The notes under the pieces: generated by a model
Told to the model about the DNA's origin: nothing
Seen by the model: only the letters and a program-made list of their open reading frames with translations
The model's database searches: none
Origin: a virus
Lineage: Duplodnaviria; Heunggongvirae; Uroviricota; Caudoviricetes
Strand: one strand, 5' to 3'
Virus record (IMG/VR): IMGVR_UViG_3300032321_001382
Length of the DNA stretch: 56,245 bases
Part shown: positions 8,944-18,206 of the stretch, piece by piece
Layout: every line of letters begins with the position of its first letter
Numbering within the stretch: position 1 is the stretch's first letter
Program-made: the position numbers and the translations under genes

Positions 8944-9519
8944 ATGAGCGGTTTACAAAAAAATCAAATGACTGGCACATTTGTCAACATCAAGGAAGGT
9001 TCTTTAGTTACAAAAGGAAAAGAAGGAAACTTAGAATCTTATGACTCTCTAGAGGGTATTATTGAAAAGGTAGAATTCCTTACAGAAGAGTACGAGGGTA
9101 AAAAAATAGAAAAAGCTAAATTCTACGTTAATGACATTGGTGAAATATTCATTTTGCAAATAAAGGTTAATAGTGGTTATTTTAGAGGATTGTGTAATTC
9201 ATTAGCTAGCTCTTCTGCCCCAAAAGATATGCTTAAAATAGTACCTTCTTTAAAAAAGGATGATAAGGGTAAGCCTAAATCAACTTGTTTTGTAGGTCAA
9301 AATGGTACATTCTTAAAACACGCTTTTACAAAAGATAATATGGGAGATTTACCAGATTTAGAAAAAGTAACATTTAAGGGAGAAGTTCAGTATGATAATA
9401 CCAAACAAATAGAATTTTGGAAAAATTGGCTTTTCAAAATATATAATTCAAATTCAAGAGTTATAGAAAAATCGGAAATTGATGAGGATGATGAATATAT
9501 TGATGATTTACCTTTCTAA
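8944..9519 (+). CDS. Putative single-stranded DNA-binding protein
   Basis: Beta-rich body with the acidic SSB-type tail DEDDEYIDDLPF. Confidence 0.65.
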   Translation: MSGLQKNQMTGTFVNIKEGSLVTKGKEGNLESYDSLEGIIEKVEFLTEEYEGKKIEKAKFYVNDIGEIFILQIKVNSGYFRGLCNSLASSSAPKDMLKIVPSLKKDDKGKPKSTCFVGQNGTFLKHAFTKDNMGDLPDLEKVTFKGEVQYDNTKQIEFWKNWLFKIYNSNSRVIEKSEIDEDDEYIDDLPF

Positions 9520-9530
9520 AAATAGAAAAT

Positions 9531-9971
9531 ATGAATACGGAAATAACATCAAAAAGAAAAGCTGTTATAGATGCTTTTGAAAAGGGTTATAGGGTTATAA
9601 ATAATATTGTAGAATATAAGGGCAGAACAAGAAAACTTCACCTTAGATTTAAAAAACAAAGTTGCTTATTGAAATATGCTACATTTGGGGTCAGAGATTC
9701 AAATGGTAAAAGGGTAGAAATTTCAGTTCACCATTTAGCCGCATATCAGAAGTATAAAAATTTCTTTATAAATGAAGAAAATTTTTTTGAGCAAAAGATG
9801 GTAGTAATGCATAAGGATGGAGATACATTAAATAATAATTTAGAAAACATATACATGGGAACTAGAATCGAGGTTGCTCAAAATAGATTAAAAAAATGGG
9901 AAGAAGAAAGAAAAATACATTCTGAGTGGGTAAATAATTTGATTTTAGAAGAAAAGCGCAAAAAAAAATAA
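9531..9971 (+). CDS. HNH endonuclease (HNH_3-like)
   Basis: VHHLAA...VMHKDGDTLNNNLENI..GT..E. Confidence 0.8.
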   Translation: MNTEITSKRKAVIDAFEKGYRVINNIVEYKGRTRKLHLRFKKQSCLLKYATFGVRDSNGKRVEISVHHLAAYQKYKNFFINEENFFEQKMVVMHKDGDTLNNNLENIYMGTRIEVAQNRLKKWEEERKIHSEWVNNLILEEKRKKK

Positions 9972-9976
9972 ATATT

Positions 9977-10393
9977 ATGGGAGTAAGTCCAAAACATTGG
10001 GGAAGGGAAGCGTGGAAATTTATACACTGGGTAGCATTAACATATCCAAATAATCCAACCGAAAAAGACAAAGAAAATTATTTAAAATTCTTCGAGTCTT
10101 TACAAGATGTATTGCCATGCGGTATATGTGCCGAACATTTTAGGCAAAATATGGAAAAAATGCCTATAAAGCTAGATAGTAATAGAGAACTATTTAACTG
10201 GACGGTTGATATACACAATGTCGTAAATGTACAAACTGACAAAAAAATACTTACATATGACCAAGCATTTGGAGAGGTTACAAGACAAAATAAAAAGATT
10301 AGCGATGAATTATTAAAGGGGATAGCTTTTTCTTCAGCTATTATAACGGTAATTACATTATTATCAAAGCAGTATGTTAAAAGAAAAAAATAG
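9977..10393 (+). CDS. Erv1/Alr-family FAD-dependent sulfhydryl oxidase with a C-terminal TM anchor
   Basis: WG..AW.FIH...YP, LPCGIC..HF (CxxC), LFNWTVDIHN.VN, then a hydrophobic helix and KRKK. Confidence 0.92.
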   Translation: MGVSPKHWGREAWKFIHWVALTYPNNPTEKDKENYLKFFESLQDVLPCGICAEHFRQNMEKMPIKLDSNRELFNWTVDIHNVVNVQTDKKILTYDQAFGEVTRQNKKISDELLKGIAFSSAIITVITLLSKQYVKRKK

Positions 10394-10433
10394 TTATATT
10401 TACGCCCTAGTGTGTTTCCTTAAAACGGAAATC

Positions 10434-10464
10434 GGGGCGTTGTTTCTACTTCTGCCCCTTTTTT
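10434..10464 (+). terminator. Rho-independent terminator-like hairpin
   Basis: GGGGCG (10434-39) pairs with TGCCCC (10453-58), followed by T6. Confidence 0.6.
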
Positions 10465-10487
10465 ATTGATATACCGAAAAATAATAT

Positions 10488-10495
10488 TAACTTTG
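10488..10495 (+). promoter_or_regulatory. Bacteroidota -7 element (TAACTTTG)
   Basis: TAnnTTTG 20 nt upstream of the HTH gene. Confidence 0.65.
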
Positions 10496-10515
10496 CATTT
10501 AAATAAATAAACAAT

Positions 10516-10755
10516 ATGTCACAAACGAAATTAGAATTATTACTTCAAGAGCGAGGGATGTCCCAAGGTGACTTAATGAGGCTTATTAGAGACAAGTCTG
10601 GATTTAAGATTGGAAGGGATAGAATTTCAAAAATTTGTACTGGTAGACTTAAAAACTATACACTAGAAACTGCGGTTATGATTAGCGAAGCTCTAGAGGT
10701 ACCAGTAGATGAAATCGTAGAATTAAAAGAAATAAGAAAGGTTAATAGACCATAA
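10516..10755 (+). CDS. XRE/Cro-type HTH transcription regulator
   Basis: KLELLLQERGMSQGDL...ISKIC.G...TLETA..ISEALEVPVDEIV. Confidence 0.9.
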   Translation: MSQTKLELLLQERGMSQGDLMRLIRDKSGFKIGRDRISKICTGRLKNYTLETAVMISEALEVPVDEIVELKEIRKVNRP

Positions 10756-10756
10756 T

Positions 10757-11344
10757 GTGAGAAAATACGTAATTCCAGAGATATTTTTCAAATCTATTGC
10801 TGAAAAAGGGAAGTTGTATAGTCGAATTTGGTTTTATTGGTTAAGTGGATTTGTGGACGAACTATTTGAACCAGATTTTATAGAGAAACAAGAGAAGGAG
10901 TTTAAAATAAGCGAAATTAAAGAAATATACCATTTCGGTATACACTTCCTTCAGCAAGATTTTAAGATAATAGATGGCAAATCAAAAAAAAGTGTTACAA
11001 CACAAGAGCATAGAGATATGGCTATAGAAATCATAGAATATCTGAATAGCCGAGCAGAAACCACTTTTTCAACTAAATTAGGTTCTAATATAGAATTAAT
11101 ATGTGCAAGATTAAAAGAAGGTTATACAATATCAGATTTCAAATCAGTTATAGATAAAAAAGTTAAAGATTGGAAAGGTACAGATTGGGCTAAGTTCTTG
11201 AGACCCAATACCTTATTTGCAAAATCTAAAATAGAAAACTATTTAAATAGTAACAATAATGACAAACAATCAGCTAGTAAGTTCTCAAAATTCGCAGATT
11301 CAGTTGCTAAAGCAAAAACCATTATTGGAGTTCACAACAACTAA
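10757..11344 (+). CDS. Phage replication initiator-type protein with conserved phage C-terminal domain (Phg_2220_C)
   Basis: IIEYLN...F...I.ARL.EGYTI.DFK.VID.K...W.GT....FLRP.TLF..K.E.YLN. Confidence 0.85.
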   Translation: MRKYVIPEIFFKSIAEKGKLYSRIWFYWLSGFVDELFEPDFIEKQEKEFKISEIKEIYHFGIHFLQQDFKIIDGKSKKSVTTQEHRDMAIEIIEYLNSRAETTFSTKLGSNIELICARLKEGYTISDFKSVIDKKVKDWKGTDWAKFLRPNTLFAKSKIENYLNSNNNDKQSASKFSKFADSVAKAKTIIGVHNN

Positions 11345-12065
11345 TGAAGAAATGGCTCTAGTCAAATGCGTAGAAGGAAGCGTATTAATTGGTAATCTAA
11401 AAGACTTAAATACTCTTGTTAACGTGGTTGCAAAATGGAGAATGTATATTGGTTTGCCAAAAGAAGATATCAGTGAAGAACTTTCAATAGTTGCAGATTT
11501 TTTACACAAACAATACCCTTTTTTAACTATTGCTGAAATAGAATTGGCTTATACCCTTTCAGTTACCAATAAACTTAAAGATGTTGAGTTTTATGGTAGC
11601 TTTAGCCCATTGTATGTAGGAAAGGTTCTAGACTCTTTTCTTTATTATAGAAAATTGACCCTAGCTGACACAATCCGTAGAAAACAGCAATATGATAATG
11701 AGATGAAAGAAATTGAGAATAGACCAAGCCCAGCCAAGCAATGTAATGATTTGAAATGCCTTATAAAAGATATGTACGAAGATTATAAGGTAAAAAAAGA
11801 AATCAGAGACCCTTTTAACATATGCTACAATTTTTTTAGGAAGACAAAGATGCTGATAGTAAAAAAGGATGAAATAGAAATGGCTATGGATTATGCCAAA
11901 AAAATGTACTTATCCAAGGAAAGGAATTTATTTGACAAGGTTACAGAATCCAGCAAAGAATTAGAAATTCAGAGATATGCTAGAAACTGGTGTGTTCAAA
12001 AGTACTTTGATAATGTGGGTATTGATATTATATTAAATAATATAAAAGTGGAACATTTTACTTAA
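11259..12065 (+). CDS. Replication-associated protein (possible helicase loader)
   Basis: Overlaps the initiator gene; FL..QY..LT..EI..A....FYG.F...Y.G.VL pattern. Function inferred from synteny. Confidence 0.5.
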   Translation: MTNNQLVSSQNSQIQLLKQKPLLEFTTTNEEMALVKCVEGSVLIGNLKDLNTLVNVVAKWRMYIGLPKEDISEELSIVADFLHKQYPFLTIAEIELAYTLSVTNKLKDVEFYGSFSPLYVGKVLDSFLYYRKLTLADTIRRKQQYDNEMKEIENRPSPAKQCNDLKCLIKDMYEDYKVKKEIRDPFNICYNFFRKTKMLIVKKDEIEMAMDYAKKMYLSKERNLFDKVTESSKELEIQRYARNWCVQKYFDNVGIDIILNNIKVEHFT

Positions 12066-12074
12066 TTTTACTAA

Positions 12075-12410
12075 ATGGTAAAAGTCGGAGTCATATCTGG
12101 TAGAATTTTTGAAATTATTATTGTCAGCGATAAGGTGGCTCAAATAGTTATCAATAAAAAGGATAGTAAAGGCAAGGTTATCCCTTTGACTATATCTGTA
12201 ATTGGATATTGGAAAGACAAAGTGATTAATGATATGAAACTTAGGCAAAAAGACAAAATCAGGGGTAATATATATATGAAGTCAAACCTATATAATGGTA
12301 AGTACTATACAGATGTTCAATTCAAGGAAATAGACCTACTAGAACCAGCACCAGTAAAAATGGGAACTACGACACTATTCGTTGACAAAGAGACTGGAGA
12401 AATTCTTTAA
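12075..12410 (+). CDS. OB-fold, SSB-like protein
   Basis: SGRIFEI...GNIYMKSNLYNGKYYTDV layout and a VDKETGEIL tail. Confidence 0.6.
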   Translation: MVKVGVISGRIFEIIIVSDKVAQIVINKKDSKGKVIPLTISVIGYWKDKVINDMKLRQKDKIRGNIYMKSNLYNGKYYTDVQFKEIDLLEPAPVKMGTTTLFVDKETGEIL

Positions 12411-12461
12411 CAATATTTTAACAAATATATTTATTTATTCAAAAAAATGGTTTTATCTTTG
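12407..12461 (+). promoter_or_regulatory. TTAACA-N5-TTAACA box (12407-12423) plus -7 element TATCTTTG (12454-12461)
   Basis: Recurrent promoter architecture upstream of ATG 12491. Confidence 0.7.
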
Positions 12462-12490
12462 ACCTATCATTTTAAAAAATAATAATAGTT

Positions 12491-12694
12491 ATGGAAAATA
12501 ACATCAACCAAGACGGAAGGTATTTTGACTGGATTTCTAACATTATTGATTCTTGTACTGACACCTTTCACTTTGAAGCTTTGGACAATTTAATTGAATT
12601 GTACAAGCAAAAGACTGATAATGAAATTCTATATTTAGAATTGAACATTAAAAAGCAAATTAAATATAATGAGATTCACTTAATATTAAAATAA
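12491..12694 (+). CDS. Hypothetical protein
   Basis: 67-aa ORF after the promoter. Confidence 0.75.
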   Translation: MENNINQDGRYFDWISNIIDSCTDTFHFEALDNLIELYKQKTDNEILYLELNIKKQIKYNEIHLILK

Positions 12695-12697
12695 GAT

Positions 12698-12771
12698 GGA
12701 CTTTTAGCTCAGTTGGTTAGAGCATCTGACTCATAATCAGAGGGTCATTGGTTCAAGCCCAATAGAGTCCA
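12698..12771 (+). tRNA. tRNA with CAU anticodon, probably Ile2 (lysidine), less likely elongator Met
   Basis: GGACTTT/AGAGTCC acceptor, TCTGA-CT[CAT]AA-TCAGA, ATTGG-TTCAAGC-CCAAT, discriminator A; lacks initiator features. Confidence 0.93.
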
Positions 12772-12804
12772 CATTATGTATTATAAACAATAAAAAAAAC
12801 AAAA

Positions 12805-13074
12805 ATGAAGTATTTCGAAGTGCTAGTAAGCATTAAAACAGAAACAGAGGGTTACAAAGGTGCGTTGAAAATTAAAAACGTAAAAGAAACCTATTTAGTT
12901 GATGCAATGAGCGTAACCGAGGCAGAGGCTAGAGTTATAAAATTATTTACCCAGTCTGGATTTTCTCAAGATTTTGAGGTAATCGGTGTTAAGGGTAGCA
13001 AAGTAATTGAGGTTATCGATGTAGATGAGCCTAAGAAAAACACCAAGGTAACCAAAGAGGACGAAAATGAGTAA
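12805..13074 (+). CDS. DUF4494-family protein
   Basis: YFEV...KETYLVDAMSVTEAEARV...FEV..VK.SKV.EV; a Bacteroidota-associated family. Confidence 0.85.
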   Translation: MKYFEVLVSIKTETEGYKGALKIKNVKETYLVDAMSVTEAEARVIKLFTQSGFSQDFEVIGVKGSKVIEVIDVDEPKKNTKVTKEDENE

Positions 13075-13297
13075 AGATAAAAATGCCCCTATAATCATTT
13101 TAGAGGCTAGTAAGCAGCCCTTTTTGTCAATTGGTACCATTTATGGAGCAATCAATACTTATGGTCAAGATTACACTTATATTAAAAGCGAGGATGTATT
13201 TTTAAGGAATGATTACCTCAAGGAGTATAAGAAGTTTAAAAAATGGGATGATTTTATAGAAACAATAAAAAACAAATATGATAAAATTAAGTGGTAA
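13067..13297 (+). CDS. Hypothetical protein
   Basis: 76-aa ORF in operon. Confidence 0.75.
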   Translation: MSKDKNAPIIILEASKQPFLSIGTIYGAINTYGQDYTYIKSEDVFLRNDYLKEYKKFKKWDDFIETIKNKYDKIKW

Positions 13298-13595
13298 AAT
13301 TACCCAAATGAATGAAATGGAAAGTTTTGGAACAAGAGAAAAGCCTTTTAAGAAGGTTGTATTCTGGTTACAAGAAATTAGCGATATGTACCCTAATACT
13401 TGGCAACTTGAGTTTTGGCAAGAAGATTGTACTATGGCTAGCTCTTACAATGTAGGTGACTTTGTTACTTGCTATGTAGATATTAAGGGTAAAACTTTTG
13501 AAAAAAGAGATGGTAGCGGTCAAGCTGTTATCAACACCTTAAAATGCTGGAATGTTGAAAAAGAGGGAAAGACCCACAAGGAAATTAAACCCTAG
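13278..13595 (+). CDS. DUF3127-family OB-fold (SSB-like) protein
   Basis: GKI...ESFG....FKK...YP....LEFWQ....YNVGD.V...DIKG......NTLKCW. Confidence 0.88.
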   Translation: MIKLSGKITQMNEMESFGTREKPFKKVVFWLQEISDMYPNTWQLEFWQEDCTMASSYNVGDFVTCYVDIKGKTFEKRDGSGQAVINTLKCWNVEKEGKTHKEIKP

Positions 13596-13831
13596 TGGAA
13601 TTCTGGTATAAAATAACTGATAGAGATATTGTAGATAGTGTCCCGCACATTGTCTATGATATGTCTATTGATGATATACAAGAAAGGAGATTAAAGGCTT
13701 TAGTATTTGACAACGTGGTTGAATTATCTGCTTTTTTGGGAGTTAATGTAGAAACCATATTTAGAAATAGAAAGCCAAAGAAATACATTAAAGGATTGGA
13801 TGATAAAAAATACGCAGTAAGAATGCTGTAA
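13595..13831 (+). CDS. Hypothetical protein (possible small DNA-binding domain)
   Basis: GTG start overlapping the upstream TAG; SAFLGVNVETIFR resembles an HTH. Confidence 0.65.
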   Translation: MEFWYKITDRDIVDSVPHIVYDMSIDDIQERRLKALVFDNVVELSAFLGVNVETIFRNRKPKKYIKGLDDKKYAVRML

Positions 13832-13872
13832 ATTATTTTACAAAATAATAGTATTTTCAAAAATAACACCAA

Positions 13873-14451
13873 ATGAATATAATTCAAATAGGGGCAAATA
13901 GAGGGAATGATGATGTAAGTCAAATAATTGGGACTAGACAACCAGATAAGTTAATTCTGGTGGAACCTATGAAGTTGCATAATGAAGCATTAAATAATTT
14001 TTATAATTGGGTAAACAATAAGTTCATAGAAAATATCGTTATAGATATAGAAGGCGGAAAAGATGTTGAATTCTTTTACCACGAAAATGACGCACCTAAC
14101 TACGAAATATCCTCTTTAAGCAAAGACCATTTCTTTCCCAAACATCCCCACGTTTTGTCAAATGATGGTCTCAAATCATTTTTTATTAAGAGCGTAAACA
14201 TAAACGACTTATTTGAAAAATATGAATTAACCACAATAGACATTTTATTTATTGACGCGGAGGGTCACGATGACGCAATTATTAAATCAATAGATTTTGA
14301 TAATTATAAAATAAAAAACCTTTATTTCGAGAACCTACATATTAAAGATAATAATATATATACATATCTAGAAAGCAAGGGTTATTCAATAACACACCAA
14401 GTTGGACATAATGGATGGACTTCATTAGCCGAATTTGATTTAAAATTTTAA
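13873..14451 (+). CDS. FkbM-family methyltransferase
   Basis: IQIGANRG, LILVEP and IDILFIDAEGHD. Confidence 0.9.
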   Translation: MNIIQIGANRGNDDVSQIIGTRQPDKLILVEPMKLHNEALNNFYNWVNNKFIENIVIDIEGGKDVEFFYHENDAPNYEISSLSKDHFFPKHPHVLSNDGLKSFFIKSVNINDLFEKYELTTIDILFIDAEGHDDAIIKSIDFDNYKIKNLYFENLHIKDNNIYTYLESKGYSITHQVGHNGWTSLAEFDLKF

Positions 14452-14454
14452 AAA

Positions 14455-14979
14455 ATGGCACACCAAGAACAAATAGATTTTTGCAAATCAGTACGAGATA
14501 GATTTCCTGAATATTTTGAAAATGTATCAGTTTTGGATATTGGCTCTTTAGATGTAAATGGCAATAATCATTATTTATTTACTAATTATAAATATGTTGG
14601 AGTTGACTTAGGTGAGGGCAAAAACGTAGATATCATATCTAGGGGGCATGATTATAAGACTCAAGATAGATATGACGTAGTAATTAGTACTGAATGCTTT
14701 GAGCACGACTCTTATTGGATAGAGACCTTTAAAAATATGTATGAGCACCTAAAAAGCGGTAAAATATTTGTTTTTACTTGTGCTAGTGATGGCAGAGCAG
14801 AGCATGGAACAAATAGAACCAGACCACAAGACGCTCCTTTTGTAGCAGAAATAGACGATTATTATATGAATATTAATCCAGATATGGTTTTAGATGCTTT
14901 ACCAATAAGTGAAATGTTTAGTAGTTACGAATTAAAAAGACAAGATGTTGACCTATACTTTTGGGGTATAAAAAAATAA
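14455..14979 (+). CDS. Class I SAM-dependent methyltransferase
   Basis: VLDIGSLDVNG, YVGVD and YDVVISTECFEHD. Confidence 0.9.
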   Translation: MAHQEQIDFCKSVRDRFPEYFENVSVLDIGSLDVNGNNHYLFTNYKYVGVDLGEGKNVDIISRGHDYKTQDRYDVVISTECFEHDSYWIETFKNMYEHLKSGKIFVFTCASDGRAEHGTNRTRPQDAPFVAEIDDYYMNINPDMVLDALPISEMFSSYELKRQDVDLYFWGIKK

Positions 14980-14988
14980 TTATAACCA

Positions 14989-15966
14989 ATGAACGAATAC
15001 GAATATTTCATAAAAATGTATCAGCAGTCAAAAAATAATGCTGAATTTATTAATTATGTAGAAAGCAATACTACCCCAATTAATAGGCAAGATACTTCCA
15101 TACTAAAAGACGATGTAGTTAATCAAGATATTGTTATAAAAACTGATAATGACGAATTAATATCCAAAATAAAAAACAACACCTTGCATACTTTAAGGTT
15201 AGGTTGTGTTGAAGCTTCTTTTTACTTGATGTACAAAATGGGCAAAAGAATACCACTAGACCACTTAAACTATGATGATAGCATAGATGGTAGGATGCAA
15301 CAAAACGCTGGCTTGTACTATAAAGATGAAAGCGATAAGCATAAAGTAATTGAGTGGTATTGTGATAATTTGTCTGAATTAGCAAAAACGGCAACTATCA
15401 CTTCTTGTATATCTGGTATTAAGTACGATTTATTCTTTTATGCTTATATGAATATAAACCATAAAACCTTACACGATTGGGCTTTGCTTCCAGATGTACT
15501 TATTACCAATTTGCAAGGTAAAAAAGTTTTAGTTGTTTCAAATGCTACGGATATACTAAAAAAATCATACGATAGGGGTTTGCAAAACATTTACAATATT
15601 GACATTTGCCAATTTGAAAAAGTAAGCTATATAAAAACCCCACAAACAACAAGGGGTTCTGAATACCCACATCAAAATTCTATTGAAACCACTAAGCATA
15701 TATTTGAACAAATTGAAAAACAAGATTATGACATAGTCTTATTGGCTTGTGGTGTTTATGGAGTACCACTAACCAACCTTATCCATAAAAAAGGCAAGAT
15801 GGCAGTATACTTAGGCTCTGCATTATATACAATGTTTGGTGTTTATAGCCATGGTATACCATTACCTTTAAACCCAATATACAACACATCAAATTTTATA
15901 GAGGTAGAGGAAAAGTGTCCAGAACATTGCAAGCACATTGATTTAGGAAAATATTGGAAAATTTAA
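14989..15966 (+). CDS. GT-D-fold-like glycosyltransferase
   Basis: RLGCVE, GKKVLVVS and YDIVLLACG.YG..L...I...GK.AVYLG..L..MFG. Confidence 0.65.
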   Translation: MNEYEYFIKMYQQSKNNAEFINYVESNTTPINRQDTSILKDDVVNQDIVIKTDNDELISKIKNNTLHTLRLGCVEASFYLMYKMGKRIPLDHLNYDDSIDGRMQQNAGLYYKDESDKHKVIEWYCDNLSELAKTATITSCISGIKYDLFFYAYMNINHKTLHDWALLPDVLITNLQGKKVLVVSNATDILKKSYDRGLQNIYNIDICQFEKVSYIKTPQTTRGSEYPHQNSIETTKHIFEQIEKQDYDIVLLACGVYGVPLTNLIHKKGKMAVYLGSALYTMFGVYSHGIPLPLNPIYNTSNFIEVEEKCPEHCKHIDLGKYWKI

Positions 15967-15969
15967 AAT

Positions 15970-16773
15970 ATGTTAAGAAATTATAAAGAATTTAAAAAAT
16001 TCATAAAAGACTATGAAGATGATGGGTCAATACCAAAAATAATTTATAGAACATCCCCTTTTAAGTTTGATGAAATACCTCAAGTTATACTTGACTCTTA
16101 CCAAAAAGACTTAGAAAAAAGCCCAGAATATTCTATGTTTTACTTTGATGACTTTGATTGTCAATGCTTTATAGAGGAAAACTACGGCATGGAATATTTA
16201 TCTTTATATAATAGTCTTATACCTACTGCTTTTAAAGCAGACCTATTTAGGTACTTATTATTATACAAGCATGGTGGCGTTTGGATGGATTTTTCAATGT
16301 CCTTAAACACACCCCTACATAGGATAATTTCAAGTTTTAAGCAAGTATATGTAAGAGATAGAATACATCTTTTACATGGTGGATGGCAGAAAAATGTATC
16401 AATATACCAAGGGTTTATTTGTACCATAAAAGGAACCGATTTGTTAAAATTAGCTATAGAAAGGTCATTTAAAAATGTAAGAGATAGGAACCTGACGCTT
16501 AGTTGCTTAGGTGTAACTGGACCCATAATGCTTGGGATGGCTTATAGAGACCTTGAAATAGATGGAACTAAGGATAACGATACCATGAAAATTGGCGTTA
16601 TTAATGATGACATTTACGTTTATCAGTTTGAATATGAACACGAAAATGTTATATTAGACAATAATACAGCAATAATAAACATAAAGCACCCAGACCATTA
16701 TAGTTTAATTTATAAAAACAGAGACCACTATGGTGAGTTATGGAATCAGCAAAATGTATTTAAAAATATTTAA
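15970..16773 (+). CDS. GT32 (OCH1/Gly_transf_sug-like) glycosyltransferase
   Basis: IPKIIYRT and ADLFRY..LY..GGVWMD. Confidence 0.9.
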   Translation: MLRNYKEFKKFIKDYEDDGSIPKIIYRTSPFKFDEIPQVILDSYQKDLEKSPEYSMFYFDDFDCQCFIEENYGMEYLSLYNSLIPTAFKADLFRYLLLYKHGGVWMDFSMSLNTPLHRIISSFKQVYVRDRIHLLHGGWQKNVSIYQGFICTIKGTDLLKLAIERSFKNVRDRNLTLSCLGVTGPIMLGMAYRDLEIDGTKDNDTMKIGVINDDIYVYQFEYEHENVILDNNTAIINIKHPDHYSLIYKNRDHYGELWNQQNVFKNI

Positions 16774-16782
16774 AAATAATTT

Positions 16783-17427
16783 ATGAGTTTTTGCATTTTA
16801 ATTCCTACGATTAATAGGAAGGATTTACTTGAGGATGCTTTAAAAGAATATGCCCTTTATTACCCAAATACAAAAAAACTTATTTTGGATAATGGCAATC
16901 AAAACATTGAAGCTCAAGACTTTAGAACAATTTTATACAAGTCTCCAGAAAATCTAGGGGTTGCTGGTTCTTGGAATTTTTTAATTAAAAGGGCAATAGA
17001 CCAAGGCGAAACCAACTTTTTAATTCTAAATGATGATGTAATATTAAAGAAAGGTGAAAGCATTATAAATGAAATAATAAATTCAAAAAACCAAAATCAC
17101 CCATATTATAACAATTTCTATGTTTGTTATGCATCAAATCATTGGTCATCGTATATACTTAACAAAGAAATATACGAGGAGGTGGGTGAATTTGACGAGA
17201 ACTTTAAAAGATGCTTTTATGAGGATAATGACTATGCATATAGAATGAAGTTAAAAGGAATTAATTATCACATAGACAAAAGGCTAAATCCAGAGGTATT
17301 TCTTAATAACGGCTCAACCCTAATTGACCCAAATCTTAGAGGAGACGAAGAGAATAAAGAGTATTTTGTAAGAAAATGGGGAGGAACGCCAACCAATGAA
17401 ACATACCCAACCCCCTTCAATGAATAA
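16783..17427 (+). CDS. GT2 glycosyltransferase
   Basis: ILIPT.NR, LGVAGSWN, LNDDV and VGEFDENF...YEDNDY..RM. Confidence 0.9.
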   Translation: MSFCILIPTINRKDLLEDALKEYALYYPNTKKLILDNGNQNIEAQDFRTILYKSPENLGVAGSWNFLIKRAIDQGETNFLILNDDVILKKGESIINEIINSKNQNHPYYNNFYVCYASNHWSSYILNKEIYEEVGEFDENFKRCFYEDNDYAYRMKLKGINYHIDKRLNPEVFLNNGSTLIDPNLRGDEENKEYFVRKWGGTPTNETYPTPFNE

Positions 17428-17860
17428 GTTTATTTTATTTTTTTTATTTATAAGTTGCCAAAACCACCCTTCAAAAAGCAGTTTTGGCAATTTTCGTGTT
17501 ATAACCATAGAGCCAAGCACATTTGATATTGAAGTTGTAGTCTTAATAACTCACGATACAGCTAAAGCATTAAAGTATGTTCAAGAAAATAACGATAGTA
17601 CTGCTAAGATGGAAGATTTTGATGCCAGAGCGGTCACCTTTCCAATTAACGATGGCAAACCACCAATAATCTGGTTGCCACACATGAATGGAAGCCCTGA
17701 AGATATTTCTATAGCTAATCACGAATTATTACACGCAAATTTTAGTATTTTATCTTGGGCTGGCTTATCTTTGTCAGATAGTAGTGAAGAGGCATATACC
17801 TATAACTACCAATTTTTAACAAAACAATTTTATGAAAAAATATTTAAGCATAGTAAGTAA
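17420..17860 (+). CDS. Putative lipoprotein with HExxH zincin motif
   Basis: Lipobox-like MNKFILFFLFISC; HELLH followed by EEAY. Confidence 0.6.
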   Translation: MNKFILFFLFISCQNHPSKSSFGNFRVITIEPSTFDIEVVVLITHDTAKALKYVQENNDSTAKMEDFDARAVTFPINDGKPPIIWLPHMNGSPEDISIANHELLHANFSILSWAGLSLSDSSEEAYTYNYQFLTKQFYEKIFKHSK

Positions 17861-18206
17861 ATATTTCAGCACTAACCTAATAGCCTTTTTTGCTGGTCTT
17901 GTATTGATGCTTGTTTTATCAAAATCCTCTTATAATTCTGATATAAAGGAGTTAAGACAAAAAAATGATAGTTTGCAACTTGTTAATCTAAAATTGGCAA
18001 AATCAAACGACTCAATAACAACTAATCTTGCAAAATCTGATTTGGTAATAGAATCTTTAAATAAAAAGGACTATTTATTAAAACAAAAGGTAAGCCAACT
18101 AAACATTAAAATACAATCTTTAAAAGGTAAATATGAAGAAGCTAGTAATCACGCTAATAATTTTGGTACTTTGGACATCCAAAGGTATTTCTCAGAACTC
18201 AAATGA
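17832..18206 (+). CDS. N-terminally anchored coiled-coil protein (spanin-like)
   Basis: TM helix followed by a long heptad region; overlaps the next gene. Confidence 0.55.
   Translation: MKKYLSIVSKYFSTNLIAFFAGLVLMLVLSKSSYNSDIKELRQKNDSLQLVNLKLAKSNDSITTNLAKSDLVIESLNKKDYLLKQKVSQLNIKIQSLKGKYEEASNHANNFGTLDIQRYFSELK

Noticed and set aside
1643-16773. Isolated xxxGG matches in early genes and enzymes (FELGG, ISDGG, YKHGG)
   Set aside because: These are single occurrences, some inside known catalytic motifs such as GT32, and are consistent with chance; not counted.
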